A stretch of 45,582 nucleotides of DNA from Bacteroidales bacterium (GCA_017882345.1 JADGPT010000002.1:1-45582); one strand, 5' to 3'. Shown: positions 37,162 to 45,582, numbered from the stretch's first letter. Notes: generated by a model from the letters alone, not told the origin. Numbers and translations are program-made.

Positions 37162-38559
37162 TTATTTTATGAGGCCACTTACTCTAAATACATAGGCAAC
37201 CTGATAGTCATCCGGAGTAAGTAAAGGGGCTGTAATGTGTACATTTCCACCTGATATTTTTACAGAAACAGCTCTGTTTGTTCCCAATAGAACAGATTCG
37301 ACTTTATTAACCGCAGTGATTCCTTTCAGGATAATATCACTTTTTGGCCAGTCAAGACAGATTACATAAACATCATTATTCTTTTGGGTGAAAAAGATTG
37401 TCTTATTTGTTTCAGTGTTGATGCCTTCATCTTTTTTTGTCTTTATAAAAGCCCGGGTACTATAAATCGCTTCTCCATTTATTTTTAACCACCTGCCAAT
37501 TTCCAAAAGTCGCTGCTGCATAATAACAGGTATTGTTCCATCAGCAGATGGGCCTATGTCAAGAAGTAAATTTCCACCGGCAGATACAGTCGAGACCAAC
37601 AGTTTGATTAGTTGTTCCGGAGTAGAATAATCTGATAAACCCTCGTTCCTGTTGAACCCAAAGGATGTTCCGATTCCCCTGCACTCTTCCCATGGGTGAG
37701 GAACGGAATTATCAATACCTTCTTTATCCCCAATCAGACCATATTCGGTAGTGTAAATACCTCCATGTTTACTTCTGGTTTCACTTCCCCACCTGTCGTT
37801 TACCACGATACTGTTTTTTACAGGAGATTCATTATAAAGCCATGAAAGGAATTCTTCACTCTTCCAGTCTTTGCTTGGCTTGTCCCACTCTCCGTCTGTC
37901 CAAAGGATATCGGGTGTATAACGGGTTACCAGATCTTTCATCTGCGGTATCATGTGGTTATTCACGTAATCAGGGAGATCAGTCTGGTAAATCGGATTAT
38001 ACCATTCATAAAGTGAATAGTAAAATCCCATGTGAAGACCCTTATTTTTAACTGCAATTGTCAGGTCACCACAGAGATCTCGGTGCGGACCTATATCAAC
38101 ACTGTTCCAGTTCCAGCTCTGCGCACTTGGCCAGAGGGTGTAACCTTCATGGTGTTTTGAAGTGAGAACTACGTATTTAGCCCCTGACTCTTTAAACAGG
38201 TCTGCCCACTTGCCCGGATCAAAAAGCTCTGCTTTAAACATAGGTGCAAAATCCTGATATTTAAAATTTGGTCCATAAGTTTTTGTATGATAATCTTTAA
38301 AATATTTCTGAACTTTCCCGGGTTCATCCAACTTCCTCCAATACCATTCCGCATATTTGTCGTAAACGCCAATACTGTCTCCTGTTGGACCCCAGGCAGG
38401 TACTGAATAAACACCCCAGTGAATAAATATTCCGAACTTGGAATCCTGAAACCATTCCGGAACAGGTCTCTTATCGAGCGATTCCCAATTGGGTTTGTAG
38501 TTCTGGCCATTAAGATTTATGGCCAGAAATAACGACACAATTAAAATAACATTTTTCAT
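37162..38559 (-). CDS. Secreted GH29 alpha-L-fucosidase
   Basis: It has a signal peptide. GH29 N-terminal motif PVPEWFQDSKFGIFIHWGVYSVPAW, then VVLTSKHHEGYTLWPS, and the nucleophile region PDILWTDGEW. Confidence 0.85.
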   Translation of the reverse strand: MKNVILIVSLFLAINLNGQNYKPNWESLDKRPVPEWFQDSKFGIFIHWGVYSVPAWGPTGDSIGVYDKYAEWYWRKLDEPGKVQKYFKDYHTKTYGPNFKYQDFAPMFKAELFDPGKWADLFKESGAKYVVLTSKHHEGYTLWPSAQSWNWNSVDIGPHRDLCGDLTIAVKNKGLHMGFYYSLYEWYNPIYQTDLPDYVNNHMIPQMKDLVTRYTPDILWTDGEWDKPSKDWKSEEFLSWLYNESPVKNSIVVNDRWGSETRSKHGGIYTTEYGLIGDKEGIDNSVPHPWEECRGIGTSFGFNRNEGLSDYSTPEQLIKLLVSTVSAGGNLLLDIGPSADGTIPVIMQQRLLEIGRWLKINGEAIYSTRAFIKTKKDEGINTETNKTIFFTQKNNDVYVICLDWPKSDIILKGITAVNKVESVLLGTNRAVSVKISGGNVHITAPLLTPDDYQVAYVFRVSGLIK

Positions 38560-38603
38560 TTTGGATTGGATTAATTAAGCAAGGGGTATGCGGTATGCAG
38601 TTT

Positions 38604-39287
38604 TTATTTTTCAATTCGCCGTAAATGAATATTCCGGATTGCAGCAGTAGTATTCCATGAGGCAATACCGAATGGTCTGGATAATTCAACTTCAGGACGT
38701 ATAGATAATTTTTTAGTACCAATTTTAAAGTCGACCACATTAATACTGTCAATCCATGACTTTATAAACTCCTCTGTAACAATCAGACGGATATGATACC
38801 ACCTCTCCTTGTCAAAATTACGAATTGTTGTAGTTTCATTTCCCGAAGCATCTTTGCCGTCTATACTGGAGAGACCTACTGTTGCTCCTCCCCATCCGCC
38901 GATAATCAGTGAACATGGATTTTTTCCGACCGGGAAAGTCATTCCGCAAAAAAAATCATTCCCTGCTATGCGCTTTGCATCAAGAGTAACCTCATACCCT
39001 GCTCTTGGGAATGCTCTTTTCCAGGTAATCCCGGTACAGCCATCTCCCATTCCAAGAATGATCTCATCACCTGAAACATAGACAGGGCCCTGTGGACCAA
39101 AGTTTGTAATCTCCCATCCATCGAGTGATTTTCCGTCGAAAAGAAAAGATGTATCACTGATTTCATGAATTACAACCGGTTCCTTTTTTGAAGTAGCTTT
39201 TCTATTTGTACAGCCGGACAAAAAAAATGAACAAATCAGTATCTCTAAAACTGCCGTGGCAACAATATATCTTCCTGATACAACCAT
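38604..39287 (-). CDS. DUF1080 (3-keto-disaccharide hydrolase-like) lipoprotein
   Basis: Lipobox FFLSGC. LFDGKSLDGWEITNFG is typical of DUF1080, followed by a concanavalin-like beta-rich remainder. Confidence 0.65.
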   Translation of the reverse strand: MVVSGRYIVATAVLEILICSFFLSGCTNRKATSKKEPVVIHEISDTSFLFDGKSLDGWEITNFGPQGPVYVSGDEIILGMGDGCTGITWKRAFPRAGYEVTLDAKRIAGNDFFCGMTFPVGKNPCSLIIGGWGGATVGLSSIDGKDASGNETTTIRNFDKERWYHIRLIVTEEFIKSWIDSINVVDFKIGTKKLSIRPEVELSRPFGIASWNTTAAIRNIHLRRIEK

Positions 39288-39292
39288 TTATA

Positions 39293-40570
39293 TTATTCCT
39301 CAGATTTCTTGAGTTCCCGTACAGGTCTATCTATAATCTCAAAATCAGGCAATACATTTTTGTTATCTGTTGCCTTCAACTGTTCAAGTTTTCTGCCTGC
39401 AGGTAATACCCGGCTTTCCCATGATCCTACTGCATCATTATAACCTTTAAGTGCAGTCTTTAATCCGCTTCCTACTTTGTCCAGATGATCAGCAAAAACA
39501 TTTACCCGTCCGTAGAAATCATTTGCAGCATCCATAATCTGTAAAGCATTCTCGGTAATATTATGTTGCTGCCACGACATTGCAACCGATTTAAGAACTA
39601 CGATCAGAGTAGTGGGCGTAGTTAATATTATTTTATTATTCATTGCATCCTGCAACAGAGTCTTGTCTGTCATTAAAGCCACATTTAATGCGGATTCAAC
39701 CTCCATATACAAAACCACGAAATCTGGTGTATTCTGAAACTGTGACCAATATTGTTTCTTACTTAACCTGTTTACATGATCCCGCAGGTCCTTTGCATGT
39801 TTCGCGAAAAGAAGATTCCGGGAATTTTCATCATCAGTTTCCAGTGCCTGCAAATATGCATCAAGCGGCAATTTTGAATCAACAACAACGTGACTGTTTC
39901 CAGGCAGATTTATGATCATGTCGGGCTTTAACACCGAATCCTCTCCTTCAGTGTAAACCTGCTCGACAAAATCACAATGGGCCGATAACCCTGAAAACTC
40001 AACTACCCGCTTTAAACCTATCTCACCCCATCTTCCCCGTACTCTTGGATTTCTCAGTGCATTTACCAGGGCACCGGTTTCTTTTTGCAAACTGGCATTT
40101 GTTATCTGAATATTTGACAACATCTCCGTTACCTGACCGAAAGTTTTTTCTGACCCTTTCTCAAGTTCTTCAATCCTTTTTTTATAACTGTCGATAGATT
40201 CTTTGACAGGTTTTAGCATCTCGGCAATTGCAGATTTGCGTTCATCCAGATTTCCTTCTGCCTCCTTAACATGAGTTTCGAGCTGAGATTTTGCCAGATC
40301 AATAAACTGTTTATTGTTTTGAGTCAGGGCATCAGAAGCAGCTGATTTAAATGTGTCTACCATTGCTTTTCTTACCTCATCAAGACTATTTGCCTGTGCT
40401 TCTACCCTTGCCTGCAAACCACTGTTCTGCCTACTGAGGATATTATTCTCATCAGCTTTTAAAAGTAATTCCTTCTGATGCAATGTATTTAAACCCGACT
40501 TTGTACCAAGGTAAGCTATTAAAGCCCCTATTGCCAGGCCAATAATTATATAGAGGGAAATTTCCATCAT
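39293..40570 (-). CDS. rmuC: DNA recombination protein RmuC
   Basis: N-terminal TM helix, then a long coiled-coil region. The RmuC core reads PDMIINLPGNSHVVVDSKLPLDAYL...FVVLYMEVESAL. Confidence 0.8.
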   Translation of the reverse strand: MMEISLYIIIGLAIGALIAYLGTKSGLNTLHQKELLLKADENNILSRQNSGLQARVEAQANSLDEVRKAMVDTFKSAASDALTQNNKQFIDLAKSQLETHVKEAEGNLDERKSAIAEMLKPVKESIDSYKKRIEELEKGSEKTFGQVTEMLSNIQITNASLQKETGALVNALRNPRVRGRWGEIGLKRVVEFSGLSAHCDFVEQVYTEGEDSVLKPDMIINLPGNSHVVVDSKLPLDAYLQALETDDENSRNLLFAKHAKDLRDHVNRLSKKQYWSQFQNTPDFVVLYMEVESALNVALMTDKTLLQDAMNNKIILTTPTTLIVVLKSVAMSWQQHNITENALQIMDAANDFYGRVNVFADHLDKVGSGLKTALKGYNDAVGSWESRVLPAGRKLEQLKATDNKNVLPDFEIIDRPVRELKKSEE

Positions 40571-40837
40571 CCAGAGATCTATAAGTTTTCAAATTTAAAG
40601 GTTTTAAGCGTAAAAGTGCTGATAAAAGTTTCAATTTATCATTTTTACTATCTTCGCATTACGTAATCGCCAGAAATATGAAAATTAAAATCGTTGATTA
40701 TCCGACTTTTGACAAATCCATGGATAAAAAGGAGCATTGGAAACACAAAGTTCGTGATTGGGATACACGTGAAAAATTCCAGGCAATGAAATGATCATTA
40801 ATATTTATTATTATCAGCCAATTAAAATGTAAAAATT

Positions 40838-41164
40838 ATGACAATACAGCTGGATTATTTTGTACATCATGTCTATTTCTGGTTAAAAAAACCTTTAAGC
40901 AGGGAGTCCCGAATGAAATTCGAAAATGGACTTAAACAACTTGTTACAATCGAAACAATTGTCGGGAAGCATATCGGTACGCCGGCTTCAACTAACCGTG
41001 GAGTAATTGATAGTTCATATTCTTATTCGTTGCTTCTTACTTTCAAAAACAAAGAGGATCAGGATATTTACCAGACCCATCCTACTCACCTTAAATTCAT
41101 TGAAGAGTGTGAGGAATTGTGGGAAAAGCTTGTGGTGTATGATTCTGTAAGTATTACCCCCTAA
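40838..41164 (+). CDS. Dabb-family (stress-responsive A/B barrel) protein
   Basis: FVHHVYFWLKKPLS...FENGLKQL...FKNKEDQDIYQTHPTHLKFIEE, the typical Dabb pattern. Length is 108 aa. Confidence 0.7.
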   Translation: MTIQLDYFVHHVYFWLKKPLSRESRMKFENGLKQLVTIETIVGKHIGTPASTNRGVIDSSYSYSLLLTFKNKEDQDIYQTHPTHLKFIEECEELWEKLVVYDSVSITP

Positions 41165-41186
41165 GTCCCCCAAATGGGGGACTTTT
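41164..41186 (+). terminator. Intrinsic terminator hairpin after the Dabb gene
   Basis: A perfect 8-bp GC-rich stem, AGTCCCCC-AAAT-GGGGGACT (41164..41183), is followed by TTT. It begins at the last base of the stop codon. Confidence 0.7.
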
Positions 41187-41234
41187 GAACGGCCTATAGC
41201 CCCCTTATGAGAGGTTTTGGGGGGAGAAATGAAC

Positions 41235-42590
41235 TTATTTCAGAAAAATCTCCAGCACAGGGATTTCCACCTGAGGCTTCTGAACAGGGAGTGAAAGAGT
41301 CAGATCATTTTTTGCATCATCCCCTCCTTTTCTGAATCTGATTTCAGAGGCATCATGAAGAAACTGTATATATTTTACCTTATCAGCCATGTCTGGCAGT
41401 GTAAGGCTTCCCAACGGATATGCCAATAAATGAACATATAATCGTTTAGTTACAGGATTATAAGTCAGAAGTGTGTTAGCCGGTACGGTAATGCCAGCAG
41501 GAGCTTCAGTACATCCATATATCGAACGATTATTATATTTCATCCACTCCCCCATTACTTTTAACCTCTCCTGGGCCCTGAAGTCAAATACGCCTCTTGC
41601 GGTAGGACCGACGTTCAATAACAAGTTACCTCCTTTACTGACTGATTCTATAAGCAGTTCAATAAGCTGTGACGGGCTTTTCCAGGTATTTTCATCGCGG
41701 TAATAGCCCCATGAACCCGAGAATGTCTGACATGTTTCCCAGGGAACCCTTTTACCATTTACTTCTGGCCATTTTGAAACCTGTACCTGTTCGGGTGTTG
41801 TGAAATCCCAGCCTCCTTCAACATTATTAAGATCAAGACGATCGTCAACAATAATTCCGGGTTGAAGCGAGCGCGCCATCTTCAGCAGGTTTTCTGAATC
41901 CCAGTCATCATGGCCTTTGCCGTGCTTACCAGGAAAAGAAAAATCAAACCAGATAATACTTATCTCTCCATAGTTTGTCAGCAGCTCCCGGACCTGATTT
42001 TTTATATACTCACGGTATTTGCTCATATCCCTTCCTTTATTCAGTCGTATATAGGCTGTATCAGATGTCTGACGCTGTGGATGATTGCTGTCAATTGTAT
42101 AATCAGGATGATGCCAGTCAATCAGTGAATAGTAGAATCCAACTTTCAATCCTTCGGCTCTGAAAGCTTCAACATATTCTTTTATCAGATCTTTCCCGTA
42201 AGGAGTGTTTGGCGCTTTATAGTCGGTAAATTTAGAGTCGAACAGACAGAAACCCTCATGATGTTTTGCAGTGAGGACTACATACTTCATTCCTGCGGCT
42301 TTAGCCATTTTTGCCCATTCATGAGGATCCCACATATCTGGGTTAAACATTTCAAAATACTTCTGATACTGTTCGTTTGTCATTCTTTCAGCATTCTTCA
42401 CCCATTCGTGGCGGGCGGGTAAAGCATATAAACCCCAGTGAATGAACATTCCAAACCGGGCATCTGTCCACCATTTCATCCGTTCAGCTTTATGTGCATC
42501 TGTCTCCTTAGGCAATTGCGCCAGGGAAACCTGAGCGGTGAATAAAATGGAAACTAATAAAAGAGACGTAAATAAGGTTTTTGTTTTCAT
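41235..42590 (-). CDS. Secreted GH29 alpha-L-fucosidase (second, divergent paralogue)
   Basis: Signal peptide ending VSLAQ. Motifs WWTDARFGMFIHWGLYALPA, VVLTAKHHEGFCLFDS and the nucleophile region ISIIWFDFSF. Confidence 0.85.
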   Translation of the reverse strand: MKTKTLFTSLLLVSILFTAQVSLAQLPKETDAHKAERMKWWTDARFGMFIHWGLYALPARHEWVKNAERMTNEQYQKYFEMFNPDMWDPHEWAKMAKAAGMKYVVLTAKHHEGFCLFDSKFTDYKAPNTPYGKDLIKEYVEAFRAEGLKVGFYYSLIDWHHPDYTIDSNHPQRQTSDTAYIRLNKGRDMSKYREYIKNQVRELLTNYGEISIIWFDFSFPGKHGKGHDDWDSENLLKMARSLQPGIIVDDRLDLNNVEGGWDFTTPEQVQVSKWPEVNGKRVPWETCQTFSGSWGYYRDENTWKSPSQLIELLIESVSKGGNLLLNVGPTARGVFDFRAQERLKVMGEWMKYNNRSIYGCTEAPAGITVPANTLLTYNPVTKRLYVHLLAYPLGSLTLPDMADKVKYIQFLHDASEIRFRKGGDDAKNDLTLSLPVQKPQVEIPVLEIFLK

Positions 42591-42856
42591 ATAGCTGGTT
42601 TTAAAGTATTACAATGAAAGGTGATAATTATTTCTTCGGATACAGTCTCTGGGAATATTTTAGTGAAAACAGCTTCTCAGGAACTAAGAACTTCAAGTTT
42701 AGAAATTGAAAGTAATTAATAATTTCCAGAATTGAATCTAATTTCAACAATTAAAATTCATTTACTTTAAAATCGGGACTTTGAAGTGCTGAAGTTCTCA
42801 CCTTTTTAAGTGGACCAAATGGATTTAATTTCTCTGAAAAGGGTAAATAGAACCTG

Positions 42857-43318
42857 TTAGATAAATACCAATTTATCTTTAACTACCTCATAAGCGCCAT
42901 TTGTTCCATAAAGTTTTATGAATATGCTGGGTAATGCAAATTGTAAAACATCTGCAATTGGGAAAAAAGCGTCCTTAATATCATCAAACTCATTTATTTC
43001 ATCAAACTCATTAACAGGTAGATACAAGTGAAAAATCAAAACAAAGTCAGGTTCATTAATCCTCATCAACACTTTAAATATTTTTGCCAGCCACAATGAT
43101 GATGAAGTATTGAAATATTCCATGTTAAGTCTTAGATTTGTTGTTTGTCTTGCGTGTAAAATATATTCTTTTACCCAATTAAGAACAGGTTCATATACTT
43201 TAGCAGCGTTTTTAGGAATTGATCTTCCGGAAAAAATAAAGTCACCCGTCAATTGATTCAATTCAATTTGTGGCGTTTTGGCTGTCTCTTCAATTAATAA
43301 ACTGTGAAAATCTTTCAT
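42857..43318 (-). CDS. DUF1987 / SiaC-like regulatory phosphoprotein
   Basis: TPQIELNQLTGDFIFSGRSIPKNAAKVYEPVLNWVKEY and MEYFNTSSSLWLAKIF match the DUF1987 pattern. The 153 aa length is slightly longer than usual. Confidence 0.6.
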   Translation of the reverse strand: MKDFHSLLIEETAKTPQIELNQLTGDFIFSGRSIPKNAAKVYEPVLNWVKEYILHARQTTNLRLNMEYFNTSSSLWLAKIFKVLMRINEPDFVLIFHLYLPVNEFDEINEFDDIKDAFFPIADVLQFALPSIFIKLYGTNGAYEVVKDKLVFI

Positions 43319-43675
43319 TATAGTTGTTTTGATGACTTTAAAAGAGTGCTAATTTATCTATCAACTAACACTAGTCAAATTTAAAACTAACTTTTACACG
43401 TTGTAAAATCTTAATCAAAATCTAAACACCAGTCATCACATAATAATACCTCTTTATAAATATATTTACCAAAGTCATCATTTATTGATCAAACTTTCTT
43501 AAAGTATATAAGGTTTTAAATCAATTGAAGGGTTATGACAGCAGGGCTAAATTCCTCCTATCAGAATTCTATTGAAAACGATAAAAACAGTATTTCATAG
43601 GACAGGTTTGTAAAAATACCCTGTGTTTTGTACAACCTATATATATTTTAAATGACCTGTTCGCTTATCAGCTAT

Positions 43676-44833
43676 TTATTCAAAGTAATTATACGTACTA
43701 AAACCTCCTTTTCTGAGATAACTTTCCCTCTTCATCAAAAGAAGATCAGATGTTACCATATCCAAAATCAGACCATCAAGATCATATTCCGGTATCCATC
43801 CGAGTTTTTCTCTCGATTTGGTCGGATCACCAAGAAGTAAATCAACTTCTGTTGGCCTGAAATAAGCGGGATCTATTTTCACAACCAAAGAGTTCTTCCT
43901 GGTCCGGATCTTAAAACTTTCTAAATGATCTTTCCCAACCTTATTTTTAAAAATGGTCTCATCAATAGCTGTAATAATTCCCGTCTCATTTTCTCCTTCC
44001 CCTGAAAAGGTGACTTCAATGCCTGTTAAAGCAAATGATCGTCTGATAAACTCCCGAACCTCGGTTGTAATGCCAGTAGCGATTACATAATCATCAGGTT
44101 GCTGCTGCTGAAGTATCAGATACATAGCTTTTACATAGTCTTTCGCATGGCCCCAGTCACGCTTTGAAGAAAGATTTCCCATAAACAAAATATCCTGCAT
44201 CCCCAGAACAATTCGAGCCAGACCTCGTGTTACCTTTCTCGATACAAAGGTTTCTCCCCGTATCGGAGATTCATGATTAAAGAGGATACCATTACTGGCG
44301 TGTAATCCGTATGCTTCACGATAGTTTACTGTTATCCAATATGCATATAGTTTGGCTACAGCATAAGGACTTCTTGGGTAAAATGGTGTTTTTTCTGTCT
44401 GAGGTACTTCCTGAACAAGTCCATATAGTTCTGAGGTACTAGCCTGATAAATTCTGGTCTGATCTTTCATCCCCAGAAGTCGCACTGCTTCCAGGATCCG
44501 TAATGTACCTATTCCATCTGTATTTGCAGTATATTCCGGAACATCAAAACTAACTTTAACATGGCTCATCGCTCCAAGATTGTAAATCTCATCCGGACGA
44601 CTCTCCTGAATTATTCGCGTAACATTCATAGAATCGCTCAGATCCCCATAATGAAGAATAAAGTTCCTCTCTTTAACATGCGGATCCTGATAAAGATGAT
44701 CAATCCTGTCGGTGTTTATTAAAGAACTCCTCCGCTTTATACCATGAACAAGGTAACCTTTCTTTATTAAAAATTCCGCCAGATAGGCTCCGTCCTGTCC
44801 TGTAATTCCTGTAATTAACGCTGTCTTTGCCAA
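43676..44833 (-). CDS. gmd: GDP-mannose 4,6-dehydratase
   Basis: [53 protein letters not shown] and [14 protein letters not shown]. The start codon is TTG at 44833. No in-frame ATG or GTG lies between it and the upstream stop at 44858-44860. Confidence 0.9.
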   Translation of the reverse strand: MAKTALITGITGQDGAYLAEFLIKKGYLVHGIKRRSSLINTDRIDHLYQDPHVKERNFILHYGDLSDSMNVTRIIQESRPDEIYNLGAMSHVKVSFDVPEYTANTDGIGTLRILEAVRLLGMKDQTRIYQASTSELYGLVQEVPQTEKTPFYPRSPYAVAKLYAYWITVNYREAYGLHASNGILFNHESPIRGETFVSRKVTRGLARIVLGMQDILFMGNLSSKRDWGHAKDYVKAMYLILQQQQPDDYVIATGITTEVREFIRRSFALTGIEVTFSGEGENETGIITAIDETIFKNKVGKDHLESFKIRTRKNSLVVKIDPAYFRPTEVDLLLGDPTKSREKLGWIPEYDLDGLILDMVTSDLLLMKRESYLRKGGFSTYNYFE

Positions 44834-45004
44834 TTTATTGAGTATTAAAGTTGAATATCAGAAATTTAAAATGTAAAATTATAAAATAATGCTGAATCGA
44901 AAGTAATAAATGTCGTTAGGGATCCTGAAGAATTATTTCAGATTAGAAATCTGAAAATATTAATTGCCGATGATAATGAAATATTAAGGAAAGTTCTTAC
45001 TGCT

Positions 45005-45352
45005 ATGGTTAAGAAGTATAGTAAAGAAATTTTATATGCAGAAACGGGAGATGAAGCAGTTGCTGTCTACCAGAATAATCCTGATATCGATTTGATTCTG
45101 ATGGATTTTTATATGCCTAATATGAATGGGTATGAAGCTACCAAACTAATACGACTCATCAATAAAGAGGTAATCATATTTATTCAAACAGCACTTACAA
45201 ATTCAGATGATATAAAAGAGTCAACGGAGTCAGGAGTAAATGATTATTTCGATAAGCCATATAATAAGACGTTATTTAATCAACTAATCAAAAAGCATTT
45301 TAATAAAAAGAATAAAAAGGACAGATATCACATGAACCTCGTTAATTATTGA
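45005..45352 (+). CDS. Single-domain response-regulator receiver (CheY-like); homology extends upstream of the first ATG
   Basis: The receiver residues are all present: DLILMDFYMPNMNG (acceptor Asp), IFIQTALT and DKPY. The conserved beta-1 and acidic pocket (KILIADDNE) is encoded at 44954-44980, upstream of the only ATG. The frame is open from 44885 and contains no ATG, GTG or TTG before 45005. A CTG at 44951 would give MKILIADD. Confidence 0.6.
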   Translation: MVKKYSKEILYAETGDEAVAVYQNNPDIDLILMDFYMPNMNGYEATKLIRLINKEVIIFIQTALTNSDDIKESTESGVNDYFDKPYNKTLFNQLIKKHFNKKNKKDRYHMNLVNY

Positions 45353-45451
45353 TAACATATTTTGTCATTATTAGTTCTTCCTGATTCCAATTCCAAGTCC
45401 AATTTCAGAAGTTAGAACTATTCCATGTTATTCAATTTTTTTGTATACGAA

Positions 45452-45487
45452 GAAAGGTTACAGTTTTTGAAACTCTGTAACCCTTTC
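45452..45487. terminator. Long hairpin between the receiver gene and the tRNA gene (candidate bidirectional terminator)
   Basis: GAAAGGTTACAG (45452-45463) pairs with CTGTAACCCTTTC (45475-45487) with one bulged C and an 11-nt loop. On the + strand it is followed by a T-rich tract (ATTTTCTTT). It lies about 10 nt beyond the tRNA 3' end on the minus strand. Confidence 0.5.
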
Positions 45488-45497
45488 ATTTTCTTTG

Positions 45498-45571
45498 TAG
45501 CGAGACGGGGAATTGAACCCCGGACCTCAGGATTATGAATCATGCGCTCTAACCAACTGAGCTATCTCGCC
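45498..45571 (-). tRNA. tRNA with anticodon CAT (elongator Met or lysidine-dependent Ile2; not initiator-like)
   Basis: The reverse complement folds as a cloverleaf: GGCGAGA TA GCTC AGTTGGTTA GAGC G CATGA TTCATAA TCCTG AGGTC CGGGG TTCAATT CCCCG TCTCGCT A. There is a G1-U72 wobble and one U-C mismatch in the anticodon stem. CCA is not encoded. It lacks the three G-C pairs in the anticodon stem that mark initiator tRNAs. Confidence 0.85.
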
Positions 45572-45582
45572 ATTTGCGCTCT

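Noticed and set aside
38169-38752. ORFs 38169..38510 and 38510..38752 overlapping the GH29 5' end, the 44-nt GH29/DUF1080 spacer and the DUF1080 3' end
   Set aside because: They are out of frame with two well-supported genes, have no motifs of their own, and span an otherwise tight 44-nt junction.
39293-40570. RmuC considered as a nuclease component of a defence system
   Set aside because: It has the standard housekeeping RmuC architecture: TM helix, coiled coil and RmuC core. There are no adjacent ATPase, methylase, helicase or other defence-associated genes.
42687-42798. A 9-bp inverted repeat, AGAACTTCA (42687-42695) and TGAAGTTCT (42790-42798), in the spacer upstream of the second fucosidase
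   Set aside because: The arms are about 95 nt apart, AT-rich and short. In AT-rich spacers this is compatible with chance, and there is no supporting secondary structure.
43319-45582. A possible tRNA-anchored genomic island at the right end (tRNA 3' end facing gmd, the SiaC-like gene and the start-less receiver gene)
   Set aside because: There is no integrase, no excisionase and no mobility genes. I could not find a direct repeat of the tRNA 3' end within the window by eye. The evidence is insufficient.

Overview
This is an AT-rich 45.6 kb chromosomal window that looks like Bacteroidota. Supporting signs are a CarboxypepD_reg-type TonB-dependent receptor with a DUF4249 partner, many lipoprotein or secreted glycosidases, TAnnTTTG-type -7 promoter boxes and a mitochondrial-type aconitase operon. 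I call 34 protein-coding features, one of them a decayed gene remnant, and one tRNA.

Gene order, left to right:
- a 5'-truncated RND efflux pump followed by two HAD phosphatases;
- a GH2 glycosidase followed by a truncated GH92 remnant;
- a 14 kb regulator-less sugar, sugar-phosphate and ribose block (7.2-21 kb). It holds a PHP phosphoesterase, an aldolase-SDR fusion, two Zn-dehydrogenases, three different sugar kinases, deoC, a lipoprotein nucleoside hydrolase, a lipoprotein ADP-ribosylglycohydrolase-family enzyme and a GRP/RbsU-type permease;
- a co-directional proB-proA-acnA-icd-gltA-mqo array;
- a four-gene outer-membrane operon: secreted hypothetical, STN-bearing TonB-dependent receptor, MG2/Plug-like protein, DUF4249 lipoprotein;
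- two GH29 fucosidases, a DUF1080 lipoprotein, rmuC and a Dabb protein;
- an orphan SiaC-like (DUF1987) gene, gmd, a receiver-domain gene without a canonical start, and a tRNA(CAT) at the right edge.

I saw no CRISPR array, IS element, integrase, phage genes or recognisable defence or toxin systems. The best candidates for undescribed biology are:
1. the SusC/D-less module of exported ribosyl hydrolases (16.2-21 kb);
2. the PHP / aldolase-SDR / Zn-dehydrogenase block (7.2-13.9 kb);
3. the four-gene outer-membrane operon (30-36.9 kb).

All functional calls come from motif recognition by eye in the supplied translations. No database search was run.
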